The notes beneath the pieces are model-generated. The model was not told the DNA's origin, did not search any database, and was given only the letters and a program-made list of their open reading frames with translations. Below are positions 19,071 through 20,000 of a stretch of DNA of 20,000 nucleotides, in pieces. Where the stretch lies: the NCBI GenBank assembly GCA_009602725.1, contig WELB01000003.1, positions 1,058,547-1,078,546 on the forward strand, written 5' to 3'. Both the position numbers and the translations under genes were made by a program. Each line of letters opens with the position of its first letter. Within the stretch, counting starts at the first letter, position 1. Source of the DNA: Spirogloea muscicola (lineage: Eukaryota).

Positions 19071-19236
19071 TTCTTTTTCTATGGGCGAGCACTTTCTTTT
19101 GTACTTGGCCATTTGGCCTTTTTGTTTCAAATACACGAAAATCCTTGGCGGTTGGACTTGGAAGTAAAGCGCAGGAAGAGAAGGAAGGCGCGGGAAGCAA
19201 GAGGCCATATTTTTTTTATTTTTTTTTCCGGGCAGA

Positions 19237-19540
19237 AAGGGCTCGCCCATTGAGGATAGGGGCTGGACAAGCCAGCCCAAAAAAGAATGAACAAAGAACG
19301 AGAAGGGGGCCAGAGGAAGCCAGAGGAAGCGCTAAGAAACCAAAGAAAGAAAGCAGCTACAAATCACTCAGTAACCCCTGCTAAGCAGCCGCAAATCAGA
19401 GAGGCCATATTTGCCTCTTGCTTGCGCAGAGGAATCTCCCTCCCCTCAGCTCATCAAGAAAGAAAGGGCTCGCCCATAGAGAAGAAGGCTCGCCCATAGA
19501 GAAGAGGGGCTGGCAAAGCCAGCCCAAAAAAAAGAATGGA
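19237..19540 (+). repeat. Purine-rich direct repeat with GGGCTGGC-AAA-GCCAGCCC hairpin
   Basis: AAAGGGCTCGCCCAT.GAG...GGGGCTGG.CAAGCCAGCCCAAAAAAGAATG occurs at ~19237-19290 and ~19463-19540. GGCTCGCCCATAGAGAAGA is duplicated in tandem at 19467-19505, with an inverted copy at ~19075-19091. Confidence 0.8.
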
Positions 19541-19899
19541 CAATGTCCAAAACCAAAGAAAGAGATGCCAAAGAAGGACTACTCATCTGACTTACCGATT
19601 GCTGTCACGGGGCTACTGATGAATAAGAAGAAGATTTGATGAATAAGAGCGCCCTGTCTGCCTACCCGTGGCTTCGTAACGTGGTCACGAAGACCCTCTG
19701 TACTGAATCTGCTGAAGGTTATGTAGGTCTAGAGATGTGCTTGCCTTTGTACTTGGCTATTGGCCCTCGTTTGTTTCCAAACACACAAATGTGTCTGTTC
19801 GCACCTGGCTGGCTTTCACAGCCGCACTTCTAGTATCACCAGCCGCGACAGTATAAATTAGTAATTCGAACTAGTTAACTAGCGCCCCCCCAGCTCCAG

Positions 19900-19900
<1 letters not shown>

Positions 19901-19936
<36 letters not shown>
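19901..19936 (+). repeat. (CGG)12 microsatellite
   Basis: Perfect 36-bp CGG run. Confidence 0.97.
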
Positions 19937-19937
<1 letters not shown>

Positions 19938-20000
19938 CGTGGAGCGCCGCCAGCGCTCCTGAGCGCCCCACGTCTGTCGCCAGCCCGCTGGCTGCGCGCC

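Larger units (their letters stand above)
18233..19790 (+). repeat. Dispersed direct copies of the retroelement putative 3'UTR
   Basis: TTTTGACCCGTGG..TGAGCGGGTCAATCT.CTGTAGGT.ATGT..AGATGTGCTTGCCTTTGT occurs at ~18235-18305 and ~18948-19023, and in degenerate form at ~19664-19750. TGTACTTGGCCAT.GGCC....TGTTTCAAATACACGAAA occurs at ~18551, ~19021, ~19100 and ~19748. Confidence 0.88.

Noticed and set aside
19507..19534. Rho-independent terminator-like hairpin
   Set aside because: The hairpin is followed by an A-run on the plus strand, and on the minus strand the T-run precedes it. The context is also eukaryotic.
19866..19882. 17-bp match TCGAACTAGTTAACTAG to the E. coli trp operator / vector contamination
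   Set aside because: The flanks do not continue the trp promoter (no TTGACA, no TACGCAAG), and most of the match is a simple palindrome, so it is treated as coincidence.

Overview
Eukaryotic, intron-rich DNA from a green plant. The gene families point to a streptophyte, and the composition fits an alga or early-diverging land plant, though the species cannot be determined. The core is a head-to-head gene pair. On the minus strand is a 16-exon HDA15-type class II histone deacetylase (11479->6018, 731 aa, acidic N-terminus + RanBP2 zinc finger + HDAC domain). On the plus strand is an 8-exon GLYR1-type glyoxylate/succinic semialdehyde reductase (12443->14968, 291 aa). The 963-bp region between them carries a G-box/ABRE cluster. 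Left of the genes, positions 1-3585 are a diverged ~129-bp, hairpin-rich satellite that flips orientation without a spacer at ~1586, with mirror-image higher-order blocks. It ends in an AT-rich cap with a CACAGTGG-type end at 3715, so it may be a foldback-like element. Right of the genes is an internally deleted pogo/Tigger-like DNA transposon with intact ends (15580-17766, perfect 23-bp TIRs, TA TSD). After it comes a cluster of 3' ends of a restriction-like-endonuclease (CRE/R2-group) non-LTR retrotransposon, and a (CGG)12 tract near the window end. All gene models were built by hand from GT-AG boundaries, reading phase and remembered homology; no database search was run.
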